Source: Octopus sinensis
Taxonomy: Eukaryota
Length of the DNA: 64,000 bases
NCBI RefSeq assembly: GCF_006345805.1
Contig: NC_042998.1
Location: 169,880,001 to 169,944,000 of the forward strand
Direction of reading: 5' to 3'
Under the pieces are notes generated by a model, which searched no databases, had not been told where the DNA came from, and saw nothing but the letters and a program-made list of their open reading frames with translations. The position numbers and the translations under genes were made by a program. Positions 1 to 12,791 of the stretch are shown one piece after another. The number at the start of each line of letters is the position of its first letter. The first letter of the stretch is position 1.

Positions 1-42
1 TGAACCCTATCCATGAAACGTAGAACATCAGCCAAACAAGTT
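1..42 (-). CDS. Candidate coding exon, truncated by the window edge
   Basis: Minus-strand acceptor ...ttatcataaatcatag| followed by sequence reading TCLADVLRFMDRV or ELVWLMFYVSWIGF depending on phase. No homolog recognised. Confidence 0.3.
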
Positions 43-1835
43 CTATGATTTATGATAATATATAGCAAATAAAATAATCATGTTGGTTCAAAATTTAAAA
101 CAGACACATTGAAAGTTTCAGTTTGTATTAAGTAAAGTTATTTAAAGATACTTTAGATAAGGTTGTATAAAATTAAATAAAATAGTTATGGCTGCATCAT
201 CATAAATCTATACTGTCTCATAAAATCAAAATCTTCAGAAACTAAAAACACATAAACACTTCAACTCTAAACTATTTTAAATGCTATTATAGAGTCAAGC
301 TAGAGTCCACTTGCTACTGATATATTGAAAGAGTAAATTTAATAGAACAGATAGACGACCAAATTTTCACAAATTATACGCAAACATTATCTAATAAAGT
401 TTTATTGCAGAGATAAGGGAACTATACTTGATAACTGTTCAGCTTTTGAGAATATTATCAGAAAATGAAGAGATTGCCAACTGAAGACCCCAAATATTTT
501 TTCTCAGTTACCGAATGAAATAACAACAGTAAAAAGTGCTGTAAATATATACACTATGTGGTAACTAAAGCAATGTGATTCTGAATTACACACAAACCTA
601 GAATTTAGAGAATGAGGGATATGAAATAGTACCAGTAGTGAGTGTATGTGTACTTATGATCATGTTGTTTCCACTTTGCTGTGAAAGATGTCTGGTCATG
701 GGAAATATGTTGCTTTGAAACATGTGAGGGTTAGCCACAACAGGAAGGGCATCTGGCTATAGAAAACTGATACAAATGATACAAAAAGCAAAAATTTACT
801 GAAGTAGGGCATGAATGATCATTGAATCAACCTGTAGGATACGCTGGTACAATTTTTTTCCAAAATGTGGATTTTTGTCCTTAAAAAAAATACAGTTGAT
901 CTTTTTGGATTTGAACTTAGAATATAGAGGAACAAAACTAAATATCATTTCATGCCCAGTCTGGTGTTATTTGTTGTGTGTATCCTAGTTTAAATTAGGG
1001 TCACTGTATCTCAGAGTGTCATAAGAGGGAAATGACAAGAAGGGAGTAAAATGGCTGTAAAACACTGCTACTAAATCTAATTTGGTGCTCTGCTCACTGT
1101 TATTTGATTGTTACTAGAAAAATATTGTAAGGAACAAATGTAAGTTTTCTAAGATGTCCAAGGAAATAAAGAACCGCAGTTTGAAAAGTTATACAGAGAA
1201 TATACAATTTCAAAATTCCATTTAAAATTGTTAAAAAAATGCTATATTTATTTCTGTCGCTTTACTTTCACATATTATGTAACAACAGTTTTAGCCATAG
1301 CTTTGGAAAAGTGAATGACTTAGCATTTATTATTGTTTCAACTTGGGTGATCTAACTTACTTCAGGAACTTTACTCAAGAAGCCATACTAATATTTTTTA
1401 TATATTGAATATATTCAATTGAACTTTCCTGTAATGAATGGTGTAAGATAAATCACTATATTTAAAGACTTAACTGAAAATTTCAGACTGAAGAAAACAA
1501 TAACACAAAATAAATCAAGAGGACATTACAGTCATAATGATGACTGTAAACAAACTGGTAGACATAACGAAATATCAAGAAAGCATATTTCTAATAAGAC
1601 AGCTATGTTAGACTGACTTAGCTAAAACCTTATATTACATCTGTCAACCTATAAGCCATTGTCTACATCAAAATAGAATTAACATTCAGCATCATATAAG
1701 ACAGTGTTCAGAGGAAAAGTACTTTTTCAAAAGTTGTCCTTTAAGTAAGGTCAAGGTCAGAATACTGTTATTCAATCGTTTACAAGTTTTGGCAAGTTTT
1801 CATCAAAGTTATGACATTCTTTTATCTCCCTCCTA

Positions 1836-2041
1836 TCTACTGTTTTAGTCATTGGACTGTAGCCATACTGGAGCAGTGCCTTCAAGGGTTTAGTCAAAGA
1901 AATCATCCCCTTAGTACATATCTTTTAAAGTCTTGTACTAATTCTATTGGTAACTTTTGTTGAACTGGTAAGTTATGAGGAGATAAACCAACACTGGTTG
2001 TTAAGCAGTAGGAGTGGGTTCAAATGCAAAGACACTAACAT

Positions 2042-2079
<38 letters not shown>

Positions 2080-2240
2080 TGACGGGCTTCCACACAGTTT
2101 CTATATATCAAATTTGGTTATAAACCATTGGTTGGCCTAGGGTTATAGTAGAAGACACTTGCCCAAAGTGCTGTGCAGTAGGACAGAACCTAAAACAATA
2201 TGGTTGTAAAGTGAGCTTCTTAACCACATACTCATGCCTA
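1836..2240 (-). mobile_element. tRNA-derived SINE family A, decayed full copy
   Basis: Colinear in reverse with the 3774-4182 copy: head, internal (TA)n and tail. Confidence 0.85.
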
Positions 2241-2611
2241 GATATCTATTTCCAACTCCTTTTTTTTAATCCCTAGGAAGTCAGGAACCTAAGACAGTAC
2301 TACACATAGTTATTTAACCTTAGGTAAGAGCCTGATGAATCAAACCTCTGTCATCATAGACATTCCAGATATAATCAGCATGACTGAGCTGGCAGATTGA
2401 AACAGAGAACTAAGGCATCAAATAAACAATCATAAATTGACTCTAGGTCAGTCCTGATTAAGTTGACCTATGAGCAAAGACATTTCAACCATAACCATCC
2501 TTTTTTCTTGTGATTTTGTTTCCTGGTATTAGTATAGATTGGCCAGTTTAGTTTCTACAGGTAAATGATTAGAGAATAAATAAATATTTAGGAATGTTTT
2601 TCTTTTTTTAA

Positions 2612-2745
2612 AGGTGCAGGAGTGGCTGTGTGGTAAGTAGCTTGCTTACCAACCACATGGTTCAGTCCCACTGCATGGCACCTTGGGCAAGTGTCTTCTA
2701 CTATAGCCTGGTTGGTCACGGTGATCATGGTGATATATATATATA
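2612..2745 (+). mobile_element. Chimeric SINE: family A head joined to family E tail
   Basis: Family A head up to CTATAGCCT, then GGTTGGTCACGGTGATCA, which matches the 3' end of the 47219-47524 element. Confidence 0.75.
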
Positions 2746-2751
2746 TTACTG

Positions 2752-3027
2752 GACCAGACTATGTGTAGTCTTCTTGAGCAAGACACTTTATTTCAAGTTG
2801 CTCCAGTTCACTCAGCTGTAGAAATGAGTTGCAACATCACTGGTGCCAAGTTGTATTGACCTTTGTCTTTCACTTGGATAACATTGGTGGCATGGAGAGG
2901 GGGTGCTGGTATGCATGCAAAACTGCTGGTCTTCCATAAACAACCTTGCTTGGACTTGTGCCTCGAAGGGGAACTTTCAAGGTGCAATTCTATGGCTGTT
3001 CATGATCGAAGGGGATCTTTATCCCCA
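2752..3027 (+). mobile_element. CORE-type SINE, 5' truncated
   Basis: CTTGAGCAAGACACTTTATTTCAAGTTGCTCCAGTTCACTCAGCTGTAGAAATGAG is CORE-like and shared with the copies at 34737, 32690 and 56768. Confidence 0.7.
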
Positions 3028-3045
3028 CTTTTTTTTACATGCACG

Positions 3046-3219
3046 CACACACACACACAACAGGCTTCTTTCAGATTTTGTCAATCAAGTCCATTCACAA
3101 GACTCTTGTCAGCCCAGGGCTATAATAGAAGACACTTGCCAAAGGTGCCATGCAATGAGACTGAACCTGAAACTATATGGCTGGGAAGTAAACTACTTAC
3201 CACTGAGCCATGCCTGCAC
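3046..3219 (-). mobile_element. SINE family A, 5' half
   Basis: Reverse match to the family A head and body. Confidence 0.85.
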
Positions 3220-3501
3220 TTTCTTTATCTACAACAAAATATCTCTGATACACATTAAATATGTGTGCAAGTGAGAATTAGTGATAGGATGAATTAGATA
3301 ATGTCAACACATCAGAATTTTAAGAAAGCTATTAGTAATTATTTAGCTATACCCAATAAGCAGCTTGAAGTCTAGAATACAGATATATGATGGCTGATAA
3401 GCTGGGATGTTACAAATATTGTTGAATAATTAACTAAAAAGCAATGGATTAGAAATTAATCTAATCTTACTTAAATAATTAACTTCCATAATAATATTAA
3501 A

Positions 3502-3936
3502 ATACAGTACCGGACCAAATATCTGGAAAGTTTGGGACCAAAAGTGGCCCAGATTTTTGAATTTTCTAGAGGGAGTCCAAACATATACTTGAAAATATAG
3601 AATAAATTATGAAAAGTGAAGAACTAAATTGTATTCAAGAAATTAACGCACTTCTAAAATAAGGTCGCTTTGATGCCTGTTAATTCACTTATATATTATA
3701 CTGCACCATGTATACAGTATAATGTTTATAGGATGAAAATTAAATGAAGAATAGTAAAGAACATGATTTAATTAGGTGCAGGAGTGGCTGTGTGGTAAGT
3801 AGTTTGCTTACCAACCACATGGTTCTGGGTTCAGTCCCACTGCGTGACACCTTGGGCAAGTGTCTTCCACTATAGCCTCGGGCCAACCAAAGCCTTATGA
3901 GTGGATTTGGTAGATGGAAACTGAAAGAAGCCCATC

Positions 3937-3975
<39 letters not shown>

Positions 3976-4395
3976 TGTGTGTGTGTGTCTGTGTTTGTCC
4001 CCTAACATCGCTTGACAACCGATGCTGGTATGTTTGCATCCCTGTAACTTAGCGGTTCGGCAATAGAGACCGATAGAATAAGTACTAGGCTTACAAAGAA
4101 TAAGTCCTGGGGTCAATTTGCTTGACTAAAGGTGGTGCTCCAGCATGGCTACAGTCAAATGACTGAAAAGAGTAAAAGAGTAATTGATACAGCTACAAAT
4201 TAATACAATTCTAATGTAGAGCGTGTTCAATGATTATCAATTCACTTAAAAAAATAAAGAACAAAATTATTTTTAACACACTATGCAAATTAGCCAACTT
4301 CAAAATAGAGTTTGTTTATTCAATACAGGGTACAGCATATATTGCATGGTGTTGCAGAGTACTCCTGGATTTTTGGAAGTTGGTTAAATGGTCCA
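3502..4395. mobile_element. Possible decayed pogo/Tigger-like MITE hosting a SINE
   Basis: Starts TA-CAGTACCGGACCAAATATCTGGAAAG. Related GGATTTTTG(G)AA motifs occur at about 3550 and 4365. The right end is poorly preserved. Confidence 0.3.
3774..4182 (+). mobile_element. SINE family A, full-length
   Basis: Pol III A box TGGCTGTGTGG and B box GGTTCAGTCCC, a CORE-like CCTTGGGCAAGT, an internal (TA)n(TG)n, and tail GGTGCTCCAGCATGGC...GACTGAAA.AGTAAAAGAG. About 20 related copies occur in the window. Confidence 0.93.
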
Positions 4396-4590
4396 TTATT
4401 ATTCTATTTTAACTAATCCTAACTACCAGTTTGAAAATAAAATTGAAAATGGAAGAAAACCATTATTTTTTTATCCCCAATGTGAATGTTTGTAATATCT
4501 TTATCCCTGAATGTAAATGTTTTCCTGACTTTCAAAGGTAAATATTCATTTTCTTTATTATAAAAATCTGTGAGGGGAATTAACAAAAAA

Positions 4591-5194
4591 TTATGTTTCA
4601 GTCACTGGACTGTGGCTATGCTGGGGTAATTGCCTTGAAGAGTTAGTTGAACAAATTGTCCCAGTACTTTTTTTTTAAAGCTTGGCATTTAGTCTGTCAG
4701 TCTGTTTTTCTGAAGCACAGCATCACAAGGATGTAAACAAACCGACATCAGTTGTCAAGCAGTGGTGGGGATACTACACAAACACACACACACATACATA
4801 TCATCATCATCATTTAATGTCCATCTTCCATGCATGCATGGGTAGGGTGGTTGACAGGAACTGGCCAGGTAGAAAACTACTGCATTTATTTTGGTAGGGT
4901 TTTTACATCTGGATGCACTTTCTAACACCAACCACCCTGCAGAGTGGACTGAGTGCTTTTTATGTGGCACTAGCACAGGTGAGGTTAGTTTCAGCATGAT
5001 TTTTACAGCTGGGTGCTCTTCCAAATGCCAACCACTTTACAGAGTGAACTGGATGTTTTTTACAAGTTTCTTTCAGTTTTCACCTACCAAATCCACTCAC
5101 AAGGTTTTGGTTGGCCTAGAGCAATAGAAGACACTTGCTCGTGGTGACTCATAGTGGGACTGAACCCAAGACCACATAGATGGGAAGTGAGCTT
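4591..5194 (-). mobile_element. SINE family A interrupted by an RTE 3'UTR fragment (about 4800-5062)
   Basis: The A tail and A head flank a (CAT)n-ended RTE 3' segment inserted at the internal microsatellite. Confidence 0.8.
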
Positions 5195-5805
5195 AAAAGT
5201 TTTTCAGTAAAATTTTATCAGACAACAGATTAAAGGATATTATCAATTATGAACTGTGACAAGAAGTAAAAATTTGAATATTTTAGTTTCAATAACTGTA
5301 TCTATGTTTAATTATATTCAATAGAATATATCTGATTGGTTTGCTCTCTTACACGTTTAATTCCTGAAGAACGATAGACCTTTGAATTTTATAAACTCAT
5401 TGAATTCTTACCCACTCTGAAGCTCTTACAATCTACATGTTAAACTGCTAAACTTTGTATGTAACACATGGGAAAAACAAGCCCCCAATATTTTCTTTTT
5501 GTTTATTTTAAGGACATTTCTTATTTATATGTTTGCTATTAACAATCAATAGTTTAAAAAATGATATTCTTTGCTCAACAATTTTTGTTCCAATAGGACT
5601 TGAACATGATGACAATAAGCCATCAGGTAATATATGTAATATATTAAAACATCTAACACCAAGTACATATTTTACATTAAAAAAAAATTTTAACTATAAA
5701 ATTAAAAAGGAAAGACAAAACAATCCCAATTTTAACAGGTTTCTGAGTTTTCACACAGAAATTGTACGTGCTTGAGGAAATAATATAAAACAAGAAAAGT
5801 TATAC

Positions 5806-5893
5806 CATAAGCAACAGGTGGATCAAGACTTCTGTTTAACTTTGTATATGAGCGGAGGAAATGCTCTGATGAAGATTCATTTTCTGTATTCAT
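5806..5893 (-). CDS. Candidate short coding exon (MNTENESSSEHFLRSYTKLNRSLDPPVAY, phase-1 end)
   Basis: Acceptor tttcag| with exon start at 5933, ATG at 5893, 29 open codons, donor G|GTATAA. Non-repetitive sequence, but the polypyrimidine tract is weak. Confidence 0.3.
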
Positions 5894-6282
5894 TAGTCGT
5901 GAGAAAGGTCAAAATATTTGTATCTATTTTATTCTGAAACAACTTTTTACTTCTTTATATTTATTTTTCTATTAACTAGAAATTTTATTATTTTTATTGC
6001 AATGCACCAAAGCATTCTAGAATAAGAATTGTGGTTTTTCTCAAAGACATTTGCATGTCAAAATACATTTGACAAATTTTGTTAATGTATATTACATTTA
6101 CATAAAAGTTTACCAAACCATTGTACTAACAGAAAACGTTTCTTAATGTTGTGAGGATTTGTTCTGAGAATTAAAATTAGGCTTCCTAACAAGGAAGCAT
6201 GGTCTATAACCACAATCCGAAAGGTCAATTTAGCAAAAAGAAAAAGTTTTATTAATCAGGGAAGGACAAAGAAAACTACTAT

Positions 6283-7056
6283 CAACAGGGAAGTGGTAAT
6301 GCTCAGTATGCAGGAAGGAATACATAGGAACTCTATACTGTGTACCCAAGTAAACAACAGGTACACAAAAGGTACAGTGGGGTATCAGGTAGGATTTCTT
6401 ATACAATAATAGATGTACAGGAATAGTTAGCAGTATAAGCACCTAAGAAATTTATTTTTTCAATTGCCCAGAAGGCTTGCTAGAAGTAGTTGATGGTTTC
6501 TGTTACCTAAGTGACCTAATCAGCAGTAGAGTTGGGTGTTGCAAAAGCACAGCATCCAGAGTGAAAAAGGAGTGGAAAAACTCAAGTAGCTAAAACATCA
6601 GCTGGTAGCAAACAGCTTCTGACTGAATGAAAAGCAAACTGCATGATGATTGTGTAAGAAATACAATATAGCATTATAGTGAAACATTGGGGGTTGAAGA
6701 CAGGAGGATATACAAAAAGGGGAAAGAAATGTGGGGAGCATGTTTTCCTGGATGTGTGATGATTACATGAAAGAATGACAGTGTACAAGGGTGCTGAGAG
6801 AAAACTGCACTGGTATGGACATGTGATGTTTATGGAGAATAATAGTTGAGTGAGAAAATGTCAAACTGTGCAACTTGAGGAAGAGGAAGACCAATGAAAC
6901 TGTGGGAAGACATGATATGAAGTAATCTCAGAATACTGAGTCTCACAAAGGAGATGACAAAGGACCATAAAAAAGAGAGAGTTGGTGTGTTGAAATGAAC
7001 CCATCCAAACTATGCTAACATGGAAAAATGGACATAAAAATGGTGATGGCAATGAG
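6283..7056 (+). mobile_element. RTE-clade LINE, decayed 3' part of the ORF plus tail
   Basis: Frameshifted RTE motifs: a Cys/His cluster (CSVCRK..NSILC), LEVVDGFCYLSDLISS, SETLGVE, LHWYGHVM and RGRP. Ends in the CATGGAAAAATGGACATAAA..GATG tail. Confidence 0.85.
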
Positions 7057-9949
7057 TAACTGAATTTGTTGATTTGTAATGGCAAATGTTTGTTGGATAA
7101 GGACTTATTTATGAAAATGCACTAAATAAATAGCAAATGAAAAATTTATCAGCAGAAATATCATAAGATAGCCTTTAATGTATTATACAGAGAATACAGA
7201 TATAAACTTTAAAAAAAAAGTCTGATTTTTAAACCTGATTTATCAAATTATTTATTTTTTATAGAGATACACTGTATTAGTAAACAATGGTTTAATAGAG
7301 ACAGTACAGACTTGGTCAGTCCAGCTCAAGCAAAGCTATGCTTAAAAATATCCCAGTCATAACCATATATCTTTTATTCAGACATTTTATTTGATATCAT
7401 ATTATTTAATGTGCCCATTCTTTTCTTAGATAGAATAAAATGTGCATCTAAGGAAATTTGGTCGCTGTTTTTAGCAGGTCATGTGACTGCATAGAGGCTT
7501 CTTGATTAGCTCAAGGTCTTATGGCCTAATGGTTTTTAGCAAAGTGACAGTATTTGGTCGTCTTTGTTGAAATACTAATGTACATTTGCCTATATCTAAT
7601 TACATGTAGTAGTTAAAACAAAAAACACACAGCTGTAAACATCTGCTTTAATAACTCAATCTGAAAGCAGTCACTTGACCCACTAGAAATAGCAGCCAAA
7701 CATAATTCTATTCTTACTTTAATGTCTTCAAAGAAAGAACATATGGGATAATATGGCCCCAAGTGTACTGTACTAAGGTAAAAAAATATATAAAATGGCC
7801 ATGAATAAAATATCTGATTTTAAGCAAATAAATAAGTAAATCTCTATCTGTTTTGACAAAGGAGGTTATTTAATCAACTGAATTATTTGCTTGTTGAATT
7901 AGTGTGTATGTGGCAGAATCTTCCAAAGACGTGTGTATCCTCAAAGTTAAAGATACAATCCATCTGATAGGCTTCTGTACAGCTCCAATCAACTCAATTT
8001 CCTTCACAAGCCTTGGGCTGACTGAGGCAATGGTAAAGACACTTGCCCAAATTATTATGCAATGTGATCAAACCTGGGTCCTCAAGATTGCAAAGCAAAC
8101 TCCTTAACTGTTTAACTTATTTGAGGATAAACAAGAAAAACAACAAACTTATCTCCTACCCCAAGCCCATATTACTTCATGCCATAGTATAGCTTTTATA
8201 AAATGCACATCTGAAAACTTATTTTACTTTTGTAGTAAACTTATCTAACATTTGTATAGATTAAATCCATTCAAAAATTACTTGTAGCATTAGCAACAAC
8301 CCTTTTCTGAATTCCATAAATTGCTTACTGTAATTAGATACTAATTAGCAACTGTAATTTGATTGTTTGAGTAATTCAAGCTCTTTTCATTTATATAACT
8401 TTCATGTTTTTCATTTATGCTTTGATCTTTGAAAGAAATCCATGGGTATTATTGTTAGATATTAGAAGAGAGAAGTGAATGAGATTTCTTGAAGTCTGAT
8501 GTTGCCTAACACTTTCATATTGGCACTATTTTTTGTCCTTTTAGAAAACTAAGAAATCACATATGCTGGCCAATGAATACATTAATAGACACAAAAAATA
8601 TATCAACATGGGTTATTTTTCTCCAAATACCATCCCACTCAATGGGAATAAAGAAAAATCTATTGCTTTTACAGATAAGAGAAATAAGAAATTATATAAA
8701 ACTAATGTCAACTTCCTAAGATATAGTTTTTAAAAAAAAACACACCTCTTTTTCAATAGCATAGATTTAATTGAGGTAAACAAAACATAAGCAGTGCCAG
8801 TGTTACATAAAAAATACATTGCATGTTTATGTAATTACCAAATTCTTCTTACAGTATAAAAATAGAACAATTTAACCATTTTTGCCACATGAGAGATTAT
8901 ACTTCGTCAATCTGAAGGCTTAGGTATTTCCCTCTTTAGATGATTATACTTGTAAGAATGAATGATACATTTAGTACTTTACCACATTTGTAATTAATAG
9001 TAAAACCTTCAGAAAATGGCACACTGTAATGGAATTATATAGCTAGAATACTGGAACTTAATTATCCTGTTTCATTTGATTATCTTTGCATACTGATAAT
9101 TAAAACAACAATACAAATAATATCTAATTAGAATAAGAAAAGAAACTTTAAACAAATGAGAAAATATTTATGCTTCTCATTAGTCAATAACAATTACAAA
9201 AATATTTGAAGCTATTTTCCTCTTTATTTTTAACTCTTTTCAGATGTGAGCTGCACCAAGTTTTTCTTTCAAATTTTCTTTAATATTTTGGATATGATCG
9301 CCACCAGGCTTTTGTATTATCTAGTTACTCAATTCAATGAATCAACATTGTTAGACTTCAATGCTGCTCTTCAATGCTGACATAACTGACCATATCTATA
9401 CACCATATACTGATGTACCAAAACTAAGTTATCAATACTGAATTCTTTGACAACCAACCAAAACTCATTACTGAAGATAACTGCCTGAACACATTAACTA
9501 AATATATCTCATATATTAACAAACACTGTGTAGAAGATACTGTTTGCAAGGAAACATTTCTTCTATGTAATTTATTCCTAAAGGTCAGCATGACTTAACA
9601 TAAGCAGTAAAAGTGGGATATATTTATTCATATATTTATACTCTTCTGCAAGATTTTTCAACCAACTGAAAATAATGTTATCACAGTTCATAAGAATAAA
9701 ATATCATTAACAGTATATTTATATCTTTTGTGTTAAGTATTAGGTTTAAAGTGTAAATTATAATGTTCACAACACTCTTTTATTAATGTTGAAATTAGTT
9801 AGTGAAATGCGTCTCGGCTTCTTGAATTTAAGATCCTTTTTCTTAAATTCAACAGAACAAAGACTCAGTAGATATTACCAGATGAGCTGAGTCTTCTTCC
9901 ACTCACTGTCTTTGAGTTTTCTCAATGTCCTCAGAAACTTCAATTTCTC

Positions 9950-10655
9950 AAATACTATGCATGCATGTGCATATATATGTGTGAGTGCATGTGCAGGCTC
10001 CCTTACTCTTTGCTATAAATTCAGGATATCAAAATATGCAACTCTGTTACACATTTCAAATAACAGAAAGAACAGAGCATTGAAACCTTACCATATTACT
10101 TTCAGATCTAATATTTTTAAGGTGATAAAATTGATAAGAATTTAAAGCTACTATGACCATTTTGACTCTTTCATCACACGTGGAACTATTTGCTCTTGTA
10201 TATCATATGCCAAGTATCTTTTATATTTGAGAACTTTGGGAAAAAGCATAGTTCAAGATATGAGCAAAGCTTTCAGCTATGTCTGAAAGGAAAAAAAAAT
10301 CTTAAATAACTTCAGGCAAATCTACTTGTCTACAGACTATTCAGAACATCCAGATTGCAAGTCTTTTTACTACATGTATCAAATAAACTGACTATAATCT
10401 GAAAAACTCATTCCCAAGCTTACTTTCTCACATTAACAATATACTCTTACTGCCAAATACATTGATTCATATACTACTGACGACTCTTCACTTAACATCT
10501 TACCATGCACACAAAATATCCACAAGCAACTTCTGTATCCACTTCTAAACCTCAGCGGAAAGAGAATTTTTAAAACATCCTTTCAAACTTAAATTTCTCT
10601 GACAGTACAAAACTATAAGCAATGGATAGTTTAGCATGTTAAATCAATGAGCTTT
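9950..10655 (+). mobile_element. Heavily decayed CR1/L2-like reverse transcriptase fragment
   Basis: Ordered remnants DMSKAFSYV (cf. DISKAFDRVW) and HINNIL...SYTTDDSSL (cf. FINDL...SYADDSTL). Confidence 0.45.
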
Positions 10656-10720
10656 AGAAATGCTAAGGTTATATCTAAATGGAAAATAGTAAAACCTCTA
10701 ATAGATTAGCAATATATATT

Positions 10721-10797
10721 AGTGTCTTCTACTATAGCCTTGGGCTGCCTAAAGCTTTGTGAGTGGATTTAGTAGATGGAAACTAATAGAAGCCTGT

Positions 10798-10845
<48 letters not shown>

Positions 10846-11046
10846 TGCATATCTTTGTGTCTGCTTGTCCCCCACCATTGCTGGTGTGTTTACGTCCTGT
10901 AATTTAGCAGTTCGGCAAAAGAAACTGATAGCATAAGTACTACGCTTACAAAGAATAAGTCTTGAGGTCAATTTCTTTGACTAAAATACCCTTTAAGGCG
11001 CTGCTCCAGCATGGCTGCAGTTAAATGACTGAAACAAGTAAAAGAA
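10721..11046 (+). mobile_element. SINE family A, 5' truncated
   Basis: Body, (CA)(TA)n and tail match the 3774-4182 copy. Confidence 0.88.
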
Positions 11047-12067
11047 TTATTAAAACACTAAGTATATTATGTTGGCACATTTATTTATTGCACCAAATCA
11101 ATGAGGTGTAGCTAGTTTTTCAGTTAACATTATATTAATTTAATAATTTCTATTAAAAACTTGAATAGTTTATATGTACCAAAAAAATTACTAATAAAAC
11201 GGAAAATGAAAATCCTGAGTTTTAACCCAAAAAAAACAGAAGTGTGGTGAATTATTTTCTCATACTAACCAAGCTTTCAGCTCGGAGTTAAATATTTTTA
11301 TTTTTAAATTATAGTTGTATCAATCAATCTAAATCTACTTTATGAACTCTGTTTCTCGCATTCTTGATTTCTTAATTGCCATAGCAGATGTATTTAATGT
11401 GAGAATATTTTTGATATGATGCCTGTATTTGGAAAACAATTTTATTTTTTTTATATTTAAATTGAAAAGGTCAACAACGGACGTTGACACAGTACCCATA
11501 GCAAGAAAATAGAAATGAGAAAACTTAAATATTTTGAATCATACATAATGTGAACAGTAGAGATTTCAACTTCACGAAGAATACCAGAATGGAAGAACTG
11601 GAATATTTTCAGACTCCTTTACCAATGGAAAGTAGTTTATAATTTCAAAGTGCTTTGTAATGAAAATAATTTTGAATTAGATAATAGAATGGAACTATGA
11701 GATGGAAGAAATGTCACGTATGCAGCATTTATAAGAAGTTGGCAACATTTTGTTTTTTTGTAAAAACCTCTTCATTCTCCCAATGAAGGACCAATTGAAA
11801 TAAAATTTGCTTTAAGTACCAATTGTATTTGTTATGATCTTCAAAATTTACAAATTTGTTATTAAGGAATAGCAATTATGACTCAAAGACAAACAGACAT
11901 GAGAATTTACTGGTAAAGTATAGTTTGTTAGACACCAAGAAGATAAAAAAAGGAAAAGGAAATTGAAACTAAAAATAAAGGAAGCTGATTTCATAAGCAA
12001 TTAATTTATTTGATTATTTTTTAAGTAAATTTAATGTCTATTTAAATTTTAGAATAGTATATATTTT

Positions 12068-12366
12068 GGTGGCAAGTTGGCAGAACTGTTAGCATGATGG
12101 ACAAAATGCTTAGAGGTATTTCTTCTGGTTTTTTATGTTCTGTGTTCAAATCCAACTGAGGTCAGCATTGCTTTTCATCCCCTTGGGGTTGATGAAATAA
12201 AGTACCAATCAAATGCTAGAGTCAATGTAACCAACTTGTTCCCTCCCTTCAAAAATGCTTGCCTCAAACCCTGCAACAGCGTGGCATCCTGTTTAGGGTG
12301 AATGTTGTGATAATCAGTCACATGGAAACCAGGCAACTAGTTTAATGAGTCCTAGAACTCAAGAAA
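12068..12366 (+). mobile_element. SINE family B followed by a CORE-SINE-type tail
   Basis: 12068-12265 matches the 48874 copy. 12266-12366 matches the tail of the 34737-34992 element. Confidence 0.75.
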
Positions 12367-12498
12367 AATTAAAGAAAAAAGTCTTTCTTGGTTATTAAAA
12401 TGACAAATTCAGTTATTTGTGTAAAAAAAAAAATACGTAAAGTAAAAAATAGTTTAGAAAGGGATTGTTTTAATTTCTATAAAATACATTGACTGATT

Positions 12499-12791
12499 GT
12501 GGAGGCACATGACCTAGTGGTTAGAGCAGAAGGATCATAGGTTTAAATCTCAGACCAGGTGATGTGTGTATTTATGAGTGAAACACCTAAGCCCCATGTG
12601 GCTCCAGCAGAAGTTAATGGTGAATCTCTGTTGACTCTTTCACCACAACATTCTCTCACACTTTCCTCCTGCATCTAGCAGCTCACCTGTGACAGACTGG
12701 CATCCCATTCAGGTGGGAAACCTATACACCAATGAAACTAAGAAACCGACTGATATGAGCCAGGCATGGCTTGAGAAGGAACAAACAAACA
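12499..12791 (+). mobile_element. tRNA-derived SINE family E with (AAAC)n tail and TSD
   Basis: Head GGAGGCACATGACCTAGTGGTTAGAGC, body shared with 47219-47524, and ACATTGACT repeated on both flanks. Confidence 0.85.

Noticed and set aside
1361-1428. Minus-strand 68 nt segment with a good acceptor and GTAAGT donor
   Set aside because: Stops in all three frames, so it could only be a non-coding or poison exon, and there is no further support.
3774-3850. tRNA-like sequences at SINE 5' ends
   Set aside because: They have A/B boxes but no intact cloverleaf and always continue into SINE bodies, so they are not tRNA genes.
2863-4116. Recurrent ORFs with motifs such as RRHLPKVP and EDTCPK
   Set aside because: Antisense read-through of SINE family A. 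They recur wherever the SINE does.
9244-9380. Plus-strand acceptor followed by 45 open codons; similar case at 19801
   Set aside because: Short, no donor, no recognisable protein, and expected by chance in AT-rich DNA.
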